The position numbers and the translations under genes are program-made. This document shows, piece after piece, positions 19,037 to 27,744 of a stretch of 53,429 nucleotides of DNA. Below the pieces are notes generated by a model, which ran no database searches, was not told the origin of the DNA, and saw only the letters and a program-made list of their open reading frames with translations. Where the stretch lies: the NCBI GenBank assembly GCA_046484805.1, contig JAWOIF010000055.1, forward strand, positions 1-53,429, read 5' to 3'. Positions within the stretch are counted from its first letter, which is position 1; the number at the start of each line of letters is the position of its first letter. Origin of the DNA: Bacteroidales bacterium. GTDB lineage: Bacteria > Bacteroidota > Bacteroidia > Bacteroidales > VadinHA17.

Positions 19037-19843
19037 TTATTTTTGGAGGTTGTACTTAACGAGAATGTCAATCAGTGAGATTGATGAATCTTCCATCTGG
19101 TTGGTAAGACTGTCGATTTTTGACAGGATATAGTTATAGAAAACCTGCAGGATGATAGCTACGATAAGACCTGTTACGGTTGTTATAAGAGCAATCTTAA
19201 TACCACCGGCAACCAATGTTGCAGATACGTTGCCTGCTCTTTCGATATTGTCAAACGCAGCGATCATACCGATAACGGTACCCATGAAACCAAGCATGGG
19301 AGCAATTGCGATAAAGAGCGCGATCCATGAAAGGTTCTTCTCCAGGAGACCCATCTGTACACCACCGTATGAGATAATTGATTTTTCAGCAATTTCAATA
19401 CCTTCGTTAGCCCTGTCGAGGCCCTGGTAAAATATGCTGGCCACGGGTCCGCGGGTGTTGCGGCAAACCTCCTTGGCGGCCTCAATACCACCCTCCTGAA
19501 GGGCAGTCTCTATTTTAGCCAGTAATTTATTTGTGTTAGTGGTTGCCAGGTTCAGATAGATGATTCTTTCAATCGAGATTGCAAGACCCAGGATAAGACA
19601 GAGCAGTACTACGCCCATGAAGCCTGCACCACCTTCAATGAAAAGTCTCTTGATTTCCTTGAGGAGCTGGCCACCCTCTTCTTCCTGGAGAAAATCTGTG
19701 GCAGTCTGGGTAACCAATTCCTGTGTCTCGGCAACCTGTTCCACTGCTGTAGTATCAGTCTGCCCTTCCTGAGCATACATGTTTACTGATGCTCCGATGA
19801 AAAGCATCCCAATAACAGCAACAAATGCAAATAATTTTTTCAT
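19037..19843 (-). CDS. exbB: MotA/TolQ/ExbB proton channel protein
   Basis: APMLGFMGTVIGMI and GIKIALITT; N-terminal signal-like extension. Confidence 0.92.
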   Translation of the reverse strand: MKKLFAFVAVIGMLFIGASVNMYAQEGQTDTTAVEQVAETQELVTQTATDFLQEEEGGQLLKEIKRLFIEGGAGFMGVVLLCLILGLAISIERIIYLNLATTNTNKLLAKIETALQEGGIEAAKEVCRNTRGPVASIFYQGLDRANEGIEIAEKSIISYGGVQMGLLEKNLSWIALFIAIAPMLGFMGTVIGMIAAFDNIERAGNVSATLVAGGIKIALITTVTGLIVAIILQVFYNYILSKIDSLTNQMEDSSISLIDILVKYNLQK

Positions 19844-19908
19844 GTTTGTTTTTGATTTAAGTTATTAACGACCGTTTTTATAGTTCTCAAAATTAAAATA
19901 AATATTTC

Positions 19909-19998
<90 letters not shown>

Positions 19999-20210
19999 AG
20001 TAGGCGCTTAACACATTAATTATCAATAGAATGCTCATTCTAATGCTGTGCCAACCCGCCTGCTGGTCATCCTCTGATCGGCCAGACTGGAATCATTCTA
20101 AATAATTCTGCTGCATTTCAGGAGATTTGATTCTCCCTGTTACAACAATCAGTATTTCAAAGAAAACAGCGGCGCAATGTACAAAAAAAATATAAAACAA
20201 AAGTAATGGC

Positions 20211-21242
20211 TCAGGTAATTTCTCCTGCCAGTGACCTATTTAACAACATATGAATCTTGTCGTTGTCATTAGATGACTCCATGATGCACATTAGTTTAGC
20301 GACTGCAGCTTCGGTGGTGATATCCTTTCCGCTTATGACACCAATATCAAGTAAAGTCTTACCTGTTTTGTAAACCGTCATCTCTACACTTCCTGCGTGG
20401 CATTGGGTAACATTCAGAACAATTCCTTTCTGTTCTATGAATTCCTTCAGGGCTTCTGTAAACCAGGAAAAGGTTGGGGCATTTCCTGAACCATAAGTTT
20501 CGAGGATTACTGCTTTCAGGTCTCTGACCGAGAGCAGTGACCTTACTGTTTCAGGAGTGATCCCGGGAAATATCTTCAGTATGGCTATGTCTGTGCATAG
20601 CTTTTTGCCAACCCTGAGCTTCTCTCTTATTCCGGGGTATCTTATAAACTTTGTATTATACCTTATATGTACTCCTGTCTCAGCGAGGTCAGGATAATTG
20701 GGTGAGCTGAATGCATTGAACTGTTCAGAGCTGAGTTTGGTGGTTCTGTTTCCCCTCATCAGCCTGTTCTCGAAATAGATGCATACTTCCGGTACTATTG
20801 GCTGTCCGTTCGATTCGGCAGCTGCTATCTCAATTGCGGTTATCAGGTTCTCCTTTCCGTCTGTTCGAAGCATTCCTATCGGCAACTGCGAGCCGGTGAA
20901 TATGACAGGCTTTTCAAGATTCTGCAAAAGGAAACTCAGGGCTGATGCTGAGTAGGCCATTGTATCGGTTCCGTGAAGGATCACGAACCCGTCATGGTTA
21001 TCATAGTTTTGTTCGATTGTGGCTGCCATCTTCAGCCACAGATCAGGAGTAATATCAGAAGAATCGACTACCGGGTCAAAAGTAACCGACGTCAGGTCAC
21101 ACCTGAATCTTTTCAGCTCGGGGACCTGACCGGAGATATGGCTGAAGTCAAGTGGAATCAGCGCTCCTGTTTCAGGATCATGAACCATACCTATGGTTCC
21201 CCCGGTATAGATTATCAGTATTGATCGTTTTCCGTGGTTCAT
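20211..21242 (-). CDS. ansA: Type I L-asparaginase
   Basis: YTGGTIGM, HGTDTMAY and TGSQLP; no signal peptide. Confidence 0.95.
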   Translation of the reverse strand: MNHGKRSILIIYTGGTIGMVHDPETGALIPLDFSHISGQVPELKRFRCDLTSVTFDPVVDSSDITPDLWLKMAATIEQNYDNHDGFVILHGTDTMAYSASALSFLLQNLEKPVIFTGSQLPIGMLRTDGKENLITAIEIAAAESNGQPIVPEVCIYFENRLMRGNRTTKLSSEQFNAFSSPNYPDLAETGVHIRYNTKFIRYPGIREKLRVGKKLCTDIAILKIFPGITPETVRSLLSVRDLKAVILETYGSGNAPTFSWFTEALKEFIEQKGIVLNVTQCHAGSVEMTVYKTGKTLLDIGVISGKDITTEAAVAKLMCIMESSNDNDKIHMLLNRSLAGEIT

Positions 21243-21251
21243 TATATGTTG

Positions 21252-22025
21252 CTAACAGTTGGTGTTGAAAAGCCTTCCTGCGTTCTCTGTCGTAATTGCG
21301 GCTGATTCTTCGGGAGTGATTCCGTAAATGGCGGCCACCCTTCTGTTTATTTCCGTGAGGTACGAACTTTCATTCCGTTTTCCCCTGTATGGAACCGGGG
21401 CCAGGTAGGGGGAATCGGTTTCGAGCAGGATATTCTCAATATTTGTACGGGCAATAACATTTGCCAGTCCTGAATTCTTAAAAGTTACTATACCTCCTAT
21501 ACCGACCATAAATCCGATGCCGGTTGCTTTTTCAAGATCACCGGCGGTTCCGGTAAAGGCATGAAATACTCCTCTGAGTCCACTGCCTGAATAGTCAGAA
21601 AGAATTTCGAAGATCACCGGAAATGAGTCCCTCGCATGAATTACGAGCGGCAGGTTAAGTTCGAGAGCAATCTCTATATGTTTCCTGAATGATATCTTTT
21701 GCTGCTCAAGAAATGTAGTATCCCAGTACATGTCAATGCCTGTTTCGCCGATAGCAGCAAAGGGGATTGTTCTGGCCGCATTAAAAAGGAATGCCAGTTC
21801 ATCTTCATATTTCATGCTGACTGAAGTAGGGTGGAGACCAATCATTGGAATACATATTCCGGCGAACCGTTCAGCAGTATTCATCATTGGCTCAAACGAG
21901 CCCGAGTCGATATTGGGCATTATCATTTTTGCTATGCCATTCTCGAGGGCGCGGGCGACTGCCTGGTTTCTGTCGTCGTCGAACTCCGTCAGGTAGAGAT
22001 GTGTATGGGTGTCAATAAGTGTCAT
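21252..22025 (-). CDS. tatD: TatD-family hydrolase
   Basis: IDTHTH, GLHP, AIGETGID, IHARD and LETDSPYLAP. Confidence 0.93.
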   Translation of the reverse strand: MTLIDTHTHLYLTEFDDDRNQAVARALENGIAKMIMPNIDSGSFEPMMNTAERFAGICIPMIGLHPTSVSMKYEDELAFLFNAARTIPFAAIGETGIDMYWDTTFLEQQKISFRKHIEIALELNLPLVIHARDSFPVIFEILSDYSGSGLRGVFHAFTGTAGDLEKATGIGFMVGIGGIVTFKNSGLANVIARTNIENILLETDSPYLAPVPYRGKRNESSYLTEINRRVAAIYGITPEESAAITTENAGRLFNTNC

Positions 22026-22052
22026 TATCAGTTCAGCCGGGACAAAATTAGT

Positions 22053-22090
22053 AAAAAAAGAACCACCCGGTTAATGATTTCCGGGTGGTT
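22053..22090 (-). terminator. Intrinsic terminator after gdhA
   Basis: AACCACCCGG-N10-CCGGGTGGTT with a minus-strand U tail; next to the tatD -7 box TAATTTTG (22050-22043). Confidence 0.85.
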
Positions 22091-22114
22091 ACCTGTAATT
22101 TCAGAATGTCAGCT

Positions 22115-23455
22115 CTACACTACACCCTGTGCGATCATTGCATTTGCTACTTTAACGAATCCTCCGATATTGGCTCCGTCAACATAATTGATGAATCCGG
22201 TTTCCTTGGTTCCGAACTTAACGCATGTAGCATGTATGTTCTTCATGATGGTCTGCAGTCGTGAATCAACCTCTTCCCTTGACCAGGGCAGACGCATTGA
22301 ATTCTGTGTCATCTCGAGCCCCGATGTAGCTACTCCGCCGGCATTGGCTGCCTTACCCGGACCGTACAGGATACCTGCATTCAGGAAGACTTCGACGGCT
22401 TCAGGTGTAGAAGGCATGTTGGCTCCTTCAGAGATGCACATACAGCCGTTCTTTACAAGCGTCTTCGCATCGTTTTCGTCGATTTCGTTCTGGGTGGCAT
22501 TCGGCATGGCAATGTCACACTTAATGAACCATGGCCTTTTATCATCGAAGTATTCAACACCATATTTTTCAGCATATTCTGAGATACGTCCCCTCTTGAC
22601 ATTCTTCAATTCCATTACGAACTCAAGTTTCTCCTTGTCTATTCCTTTCGGGTCGTATATGGTACCGTTGGAGTCAGACAGCGTAACTACCTTACCTCCC
22701 ATTTCAGTTACTTTCTGTGTTGCAAACTGGGCAACGTTGCCTGAGCCTGAGATTGTAACTATCTTATCCTTGAGTGTTTCACCCCTTGTTGACAGCATTT
22801 CTGCAGCAAAGTAGGTTGCACCATAGCCGGTAGCCTCAGGCCTTATAAGAGATCCGCCCCATTCAATACCTTTTCCGGTCAGCACTCCCGTGAACTCGTT
22901 ACGGAGTCTTTTATACATTCCGAACATGTAACCAATCTCACGTCCGCCAACGCCAATGTCACCTGCAGGGACATCAGTATCAGGTCCGATATGGCGGAAT
23001 AGCTCGCACATGAAGCTCTGGCAGAATCTCATTACCTCATTGTCAGATTTACCTTTGGGGTCGAAGTCCGATCCTCCCTTGCCACCGCCCATCGGCAGAC
23101 TGGTAAGACTGTTTTTAAAGACCTGCTCAAAGGCCAGAAACTTGAGAATTCCCAGGTTAACGGTGGGGTGAAAGCGAAGACCTCCCTTATATGGGCCAAT
23201 TGCACTGTTCATTTCGATACGGTAACCCTTATTGATCTGAATCTCTCCCTTGTCATCAAGCCAGGGTATTCTGAAAAGAATGACCCTTTCAGGCTCGGCT
23301 ATTCTTTCAAGTATTTTGGCATGACGGTACTTGGGATTCTCATCGATGAAAGGCATGAGCGATTCGGAAACCTCATGGACTGCCTGATGAAATTCGTTTT
23401 CTCCCGGATTTTTGGCCTTAATCATGGCCATGAATTGTTGTACTCTTGGATCCAT
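22115..23455 (-). CDS. gdhA: Glutamate dehydrogenase, NADP(H)-type
   Basis: GPYKGGLRFH, GGGKGG, RPEATGYG and SGSGNVA..SDS; start corrected to MDPRV (ATG at 23455). Cofactor inferred from motifs. Confidence 0.9.
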   Translation of the reverse strand: MDPRVQQFMAMIKAKNPGENEFHQAVHEVSESLMPFIDENPKYRHAKILERIAEPERVILFRIPWLDDKGEIQINKGYRIEMNSAIGPYKGGLRFHPTVNLGILKFLAFEQVFKNSLTSLPMGGGKGGSDFDPKGKSDNEVMRFCQSFMCELFRHIGPDTDVPAGDIGVGGREIGYMFGMYKRLRNEFTGVLTGKGIEWGGSLIRPEATGYGATYFAAEMLSTRGETLKDKIVTISGSGNVAQFATQKVTEMGGKVVTLSDSNGTIYDPKGIDKEKLEFVMELKNVKRGRISEYAEKYGVEYFDDKRPWFIKCDIAMPNATQNEIDENDAKTLVKNGCMCISEGANMPSTPEAVEVFLNAGILYGPGKAANAGGVATSGLEMTQNSMRLPWSREEVDSRLQTIMKNIHATCVKFGTKETGFINYVDGANIGGFVKVANAMIAQGVV

Positions 23456-23592
23456 AGTATGTAATTTGGTTAGTTGGTTTTTATGAGAGGGATAAAAGTA
23501 GAAAAAACAATGAAAAGCAATGTCTGATGTGAAAAAAAAATAGAAAATATGTTTTAGAATAGGAAATGGGAATTGGTGAATTAGCAAATTAG

Positions 23593-23662
23593 CACATTAT
23601 CACATTATCACATTATCACATTATCACATTATCACATTATCACATTATCACATTATCACATT
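23593..23662. repeat. Tandem repeat (CACATTAT)x8 plus a partial unit
   Basis: Eight perfect 8-mers at 23593-23656 plus CACATT; degenerate units extend left to about 23569. Confidence 0.97.
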
Positions 23663-24782
23663 TGATGTAAGCGTTTCCGGGGCAGCATTTTATTGCACCC
23701 TTCAGTTCAAGGGAGAGTAATACCGATGAGATTTTATTAACCGGTTGTCCGTAAAGCTGTGATATCTGGTCAATGGTCAGGCTCTCCTCGCAGGAAATTA
23801 TTCTGAGTAAGTCTGATTCATTTTTGTCAAGGTTTTCAAAAAGCTTTGGTTGCTTTGGCGATAATGATTCGGGTTTTGCCCAGTTCAGGAATTCGCATAT
23901 ATCTGAGGCATTTTCCACCAAAGCAGCGATATTTCTTTTTATCAGCCTGTTGCAACCTCCTGACCAGTTGTCTGTTGGCCTTCCCGGCGTTGCCATTACA
24001 TCGCGGTTATATGAGAGGGCCATTTCAGCTGTGACCAGAGCACCTCCCTTTACTCCCGATTCGACCACCAGCAACGCAGGTGAAAGTCCTGCTATTATCC
24101 GGTTTCTTTTAAGGAAGTTATTTTTTTCCGCCGGGGCATCTGAGATAAAATCGGTAAGCAATCCGCCCCGGGTGACCATTTTTCTGGCGATGGCGGTGTG
24201 AACCGGGGGATATATTGTTCTTAGTCCATGCGCTAGAACAGCAACAGTTTTAATTCCATTATTGAGTGCGGCCTTGTGGGCAGTTATATCGATGCCGTAG
24301 GCCAGTCCGCTTACAATTACCAGGTCGGGAAACATTGCAGCCAGTTGCGATACAAGATCTTCGCAGAGGTCTTTTCCCCTGGTGGTGGCTTTTCTGGTTC
24401 CCACAATACTCAGCATCTTTACGGCGTCAAGGTCGCCATTGCCAAGGTAATAGATCATTACCGGAGAATCAGTGCACTCCTTCAGCCGTTGGGGGTAATC
24501 GTCATCGAGATAGAAGAGGGTGGTGATCTTTTTTGAGGTAACAAAGGCGGCTTCCTTTTCGGCCTGAGCGAGGTATTTTTTGTCAATAACCGATCGTGCC
24601 ATAGTGTCACCAATACCCGGAATTTTTATAAGGTTTCCGTAAGGTTCTCTGAATACTGCTTCAACAGAGCCGGTAGCGCTTACCAGTTTTCGTGCATTGA
24701 TATCACCCACGCCCGGAATAAGGCCAAGGGCAATTTTACAGACCAGGTCATGATTTTGCATTTCGGGAAATGTTAGAGACAT
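23640..24782 (-). CDS. dprA: DNA-processing protein DprA
   Basis: SIVGTR, VSGLAYGID, FLKRNRIIAG, GALVTA and a C-terminal wHTH. The start could instead be the second Met (MQNH). Confidence 0.95.
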   Translation of the reverse strand: MSLTFPEMQNHDLVCKIALGLIPGVGDINARKLVSATGSVEAVFREPYGNLIKIPGIGDTMARSVIDKKYLAQAEKEAAFVTSKKITTLFYLDDDYPQRLKECTDSPVMIYYLGNGDLDAVKMLSIVGTRKATTRGKDLCEDLVSQLAAMFPDLVIVSGLAYGIDITAHKAALNNGIKTVAVLAHGLRTIYPPVHTAIARKMVTRGGLLTDFISDAPAEKNNFLKRNRIIAGLSPALLVVESGVKGGALVTAEMALSYNRDVMATPGRPTDNWSGGCNRLIKRNIAALVENASDICEFLNWAKPESLSPKQPKLFENLDKNESDLLRIISCEESLTIDQISQLYGQPVNKISSVLLSLELKGAIKCCPGNAYIKCDNVIM

Positions 24783-24791
24783 GGTAAAGAT

Positions 24792-24832
24792 AAAAAAAAA
24801 GAGGCTGCCTCAAAGGGGCAACCTCATTTTTT
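24792..24832 (-). terminator. Intrinsic terminator after the second gdh
   Basis: Minus strand GAGGTTGCCCC-TTT-GAGGCAGCCTC followed by T9. Confidence 0.8.
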
Positions 24833-24849
24833 ATTAGCTGATTAGCTGA

Positions 24850-26187
24850 TTAGATTACGCCCATGTCGAGCATTGCGTTTGCAACCTTTAGGAATCCGGC
24901 AACGTTTGCTCCCTTTACATAGTCAACATATCCGTCTTCACGCTTTCCGTATTTCACGCACTGGGCATGTATGTTGCACATGATTTCATGTAGTCTGTTG
25001 TCTACTTCTTCGCGGCTCCAGTTGAGCTTCATTGAGTTCTGTGACATTTCCAGGCCTGAGGTTGAGACACCTCCTGCATTGGCTGCTTTACCCGGGGCAA
25101 ACAGGACTCCTGCCTTCAGGAAAACCTCAACTGCTTCCGGGGTTGATGGCATGTTTGCTCCTTCACAGACGCAGAAACAACCGTTCTTCACAAGTGCTTC
25201 CGCATCTTCCTTGTCAAGTTCGTTTTGTGTTGCACACGGCAGAGCTATATCTACCTTAACTTCCCAGGGACGTTTGCCTTCATGGAACTCAACCCCCTCA
25301 AACTCATACGAGTAAGGTTTGACGATATCCTGATTCGAGGAACGCAGTTCAAGCATGTACTCGATCTTCTTGCCTGATATGCCTTCTGCATCATAGATAT
25401 ATCCGTCAGGGCCGGAGAGTGTAACTACTTTCCCTCCCAACTCGGTTACCTTGAGTGCTGCGCCCCAGGCAACGTTTCCAAATCCTGAAATCGCAACGGT
25501 TTTTCCCATAAATGAATCACCACGGGCGGCAAGCATCTCTTTTGCGAAGTAAACGGTTCCGAACCCTGTTGCTTCGGGACGAATAAGCGAACCGCCCCAG
25601 TTGATACCCTTGCCTGTTAGTACTCCGGTGTGATCACCGGCAAGTTTCTTGTACATTCCGTACATGTAACCAATTTCACGGCCGCCAACACCTATATCGC
25701 CGGCAGGAACATCTGTTTCGGGTCCTATGTGCTTCCACAATTCGAGCATGAATGACTGACAGAATCTCATGATCTCATTGTTTGAACGTCCTTTCGGATT
25801 GAAGTCACTGCCTCCCTTTCCGCCACCCATTGGCAGGGTAGTAAGAGAGTTTTTGAAGATCTGCTCGAAACCGAGGAACTTCAGAATTGAAAGGTTCACG
25901 CTCGGGTGGAAACGGATCCCTCCCTTGTATGGCCCGATGGCATTGTTGTACTGTACCCTGTAACCGATGTTGATATGTACATTACCTTCATCATCGAGCC
26001 AGGGGACCTTGAACATAAAAACACGGTCAGGTTCAACAAGACGTTCAATAATGTTTGCCGATTCGAACTGAGGATTATCATTATAGATCTCCTCAATGGA
26101 TTCGACTACTTCCCTTACTGCCTGCAGATACTCAACCTCTCCGGGGTGTTTTTTTTCGAGGTTGCTCATTAATTTGTCAACGTTCAT
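24850..26187 (-). CDS. gdhB: Glutamate dehydrogenase, likely NAD(H)-type (GdhB-like)
   Basis: GPYKGGIRFH and RPEATGFG; SGFGNVAWG..SGPDG recalls Bacteroides GdhB. Specificity is inferred. Confidence 0.8.
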   Translation of the reverse strand: MNVDKLMSNLEKKHPGEVEYLQAVREVVESIEEIYNDNPQFESANIIERLVEPDRVFMFKVPWLDDEGNVHINIGYRVQYNNAIGPYKGGIRFHPSVNLSILKFLGFEQIFKNSLTTLPMGGGKGGSDFNPKGRSNNEIMRFCQSFMLELWKHIGPETDVPAGDIGVGGREIGYMYGMYKKLAGDHTGVLTGKGINWGGSLIRPEATGFGTVYFAKEMLAARGDSFMGKTVAISGFGNVAWGAALKVTELGGKVVTLSGPDGYIYDAEGISGKKIEYMLELRSSNQDIVKPYSYEFEGVEFHEGKRPWEVKVDIALPCATQNELDKEDAEALVKNGCFCVCEGANMPSTPEAVEVFLKAGVLFAPGKAANAGGVSTSGLEMSQNSMKLNWSREEVDNRLHEIMCNIHAQCVKYGKREDGYVDYVKGANVAGFLKVANAMLDMGVI

Positions 26188-26379
26188 GATATTGTATGTT
26201 ATAAGTTAGTATTGTGAAAAAGTGTATTCCGATCAGTAATCTGAAGGTCTCTAAAATATATCAGAAATTTTTGTATTATAATATTTTACGTTTTCAGACC
26301 AAAATGTTTTTAAAGCCCAAAGTTCCAACCACCTTTATGAATTAAAAATGATTTTCCTCATGTAAGCCGGGGTCAAATA

Positions 26380-26862
26380 TCATTCATTCCGGTTGTATTT
26401 CCCGAGGCTCCTGAATACCTTCTCTCTCTCTTTATGGTTAAGGGCGCTCAGTGATACCGGTGGGTATTTTGCAATTACCCCCCGCCTCTCTTCAAACAAT
26501 ATAATATATTGTATCAATCCCAGTCTCTTTCTTTCAGTGGTGAAACCTGCAAAGGTGCCTTTGGGTATCTCTATCGATTGTTTTGCGCCCTTGAAAATAC
26601 CTGTTGAATAGAAACGAAATATAACTGAATCTCCATCATCTGAGAAATATATATAGTTGTACTTCAGAAATGACGGGAAATATGCAATTGCAAAATAGAT
26701 AGCAGATAAAATTACGACCCATGCTGTATCGCTCATTCCAAGAACCGGGAAATCAACAAGCCTGGCAACGTAGGCGACGGCAAGGAATGCAAGAAAGGGG
26801 AATGTGGCGACGAATAGAGTCAGCCTTATTGAGACTATTTTCCTGCTGTTGTCCAGGGTCAT
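26380..26862 (-). CDS. Hypothetical membrane protein (2 TM segments plus a soluble domain)
   Basis: 160-aa ORF downstream of tadA with its own -7 box TACGTTTG (26885-26878). Confidence 0.7.
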   Translation of the reverse strand: MTLDNSRKIVSIRLTLFVATFPFLAFLAVAYVARLVDFPVLGMSDTAWVVILSAIYFAIAYFPSFLKYNYIYFSDDGDSVIFRFYSTGIFKGAKQSIEIPKGTFAGFTTERKRLGLIQYIILFEERRGVIAKYPPVSLSALNHKEREKVFRSLGKYNRNE

Positions 26863-26896
26863 AATATAAATTTTTTACAAACGTACTCTATTTTTT

Positions 26897-27367
26897 TTAC
26901 TGTGCTTCTCTTCTGCTGCCAAAGAACGATTTAAGCAGAGCGGAGCACTCCTCTTCAAGCACATGTTTTTTTACTACGGTTATTGGATGAAGTATCCGGC
27001 CTGACAAAAGAGAATAGCCTCGTTTCGGATCGCTGCACCCATAGACTATTGTGCCTATTCGGCTCCAGAAAAGGGCACCGGCACACATGGTGCAGGGTTC
27101 GAGTGTAACATAAAGCGTACAGTCTGACAGATATTTGCCTCCCAGCCAGTCGGTGGCGGCGGTAATTGCCTGCATCTCGGCATGAGCTGTGGGGTCATTT
27201 AGTGTTTCAATCAGGTTGTGAGCCCGTGCGATTACCCGGCCACGGGCAACAATAACCGCACCGACCGGAACCTCATCCCGCTCTGAAGCTCTGCGTGCCT
27301 CATCAATGGCCATCTTCATGAAGAGAATGTCTTCAGATGAATCTGTGGTGTCATTGCTATCGGTCAT
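26897..27367 (-). CDS. tadA: tRNA adenosine deaminase / nucleoside deaminase
   Basis: EVPVGA, HAE and TLEPCTMC. Confidence 0.92.
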   Translation of the reverse strand: MTDSNDTTDSSEDILFMKMAIDEARRASERDEVPVGAVIVARGRVIARAHNLIETLNDPTAHAEMQAITAATDWLGGKYLSDCTLYVTLEPCTMCAGALFWSRIGTIVYGCSDPKRGYSLLSGRILHPITVVKKHVLEEECSALLKSFFGSRREAQ

Positions 27368-27744
27368 TGCACAAAGGTACCAAATTCGGGTATAATCTAT
27401 ATTTATAAGAGCATGATGACCAAAGTTTCATAATCAGAGGTGTTACTCAACTAAGTTTGAAATCATAAACAACATTAGTTAATGTTGATATTCCGGCTTC
27501 GGCCCGGTCAGCAGTTGAAGTTATTAACACACAAACACATAAAGATATCTATCTATATAATAAAATAGATAAAATAATATCAAATCATCTATCACCATAA
27601 TGATATTGTATAAACCATTAAAAAAAGTTAATTTTTCCTATTCAATATGAATTAACAGGTTTTGTGCGACCATTTTTTCATATAATTGTACCCTGAGACC
27701 CTTTCAAACCAATTAACCTATTGATAACTAAAAACAACCGACTT

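Noticed and set aside
22188..22814. 208-aa antisense ORF in gdhA and a similar one in gdhB (24971-25315)
   Set aside because: These are shadow frames of conserved, codon-biased genes; their similarity to each other only mirrors GDH paralogy.
23593..23662. Repeat array as a CRISPR or a phase-variation frameshift switch
   Set aside because: There are no spacers or cas genes, and the dprA stop falls at a fixed distance from the array's entry point, so copy number does not shift the frame.
26247..26300. Loose inverted repeat upstream of gdhB (GGTCT/TAAAATAT ... ATATTTTA/AGACC) as an invertible promoter
   Set aside because: The arms are short, interrupted and AT-rich, and no recombinase is nearby.
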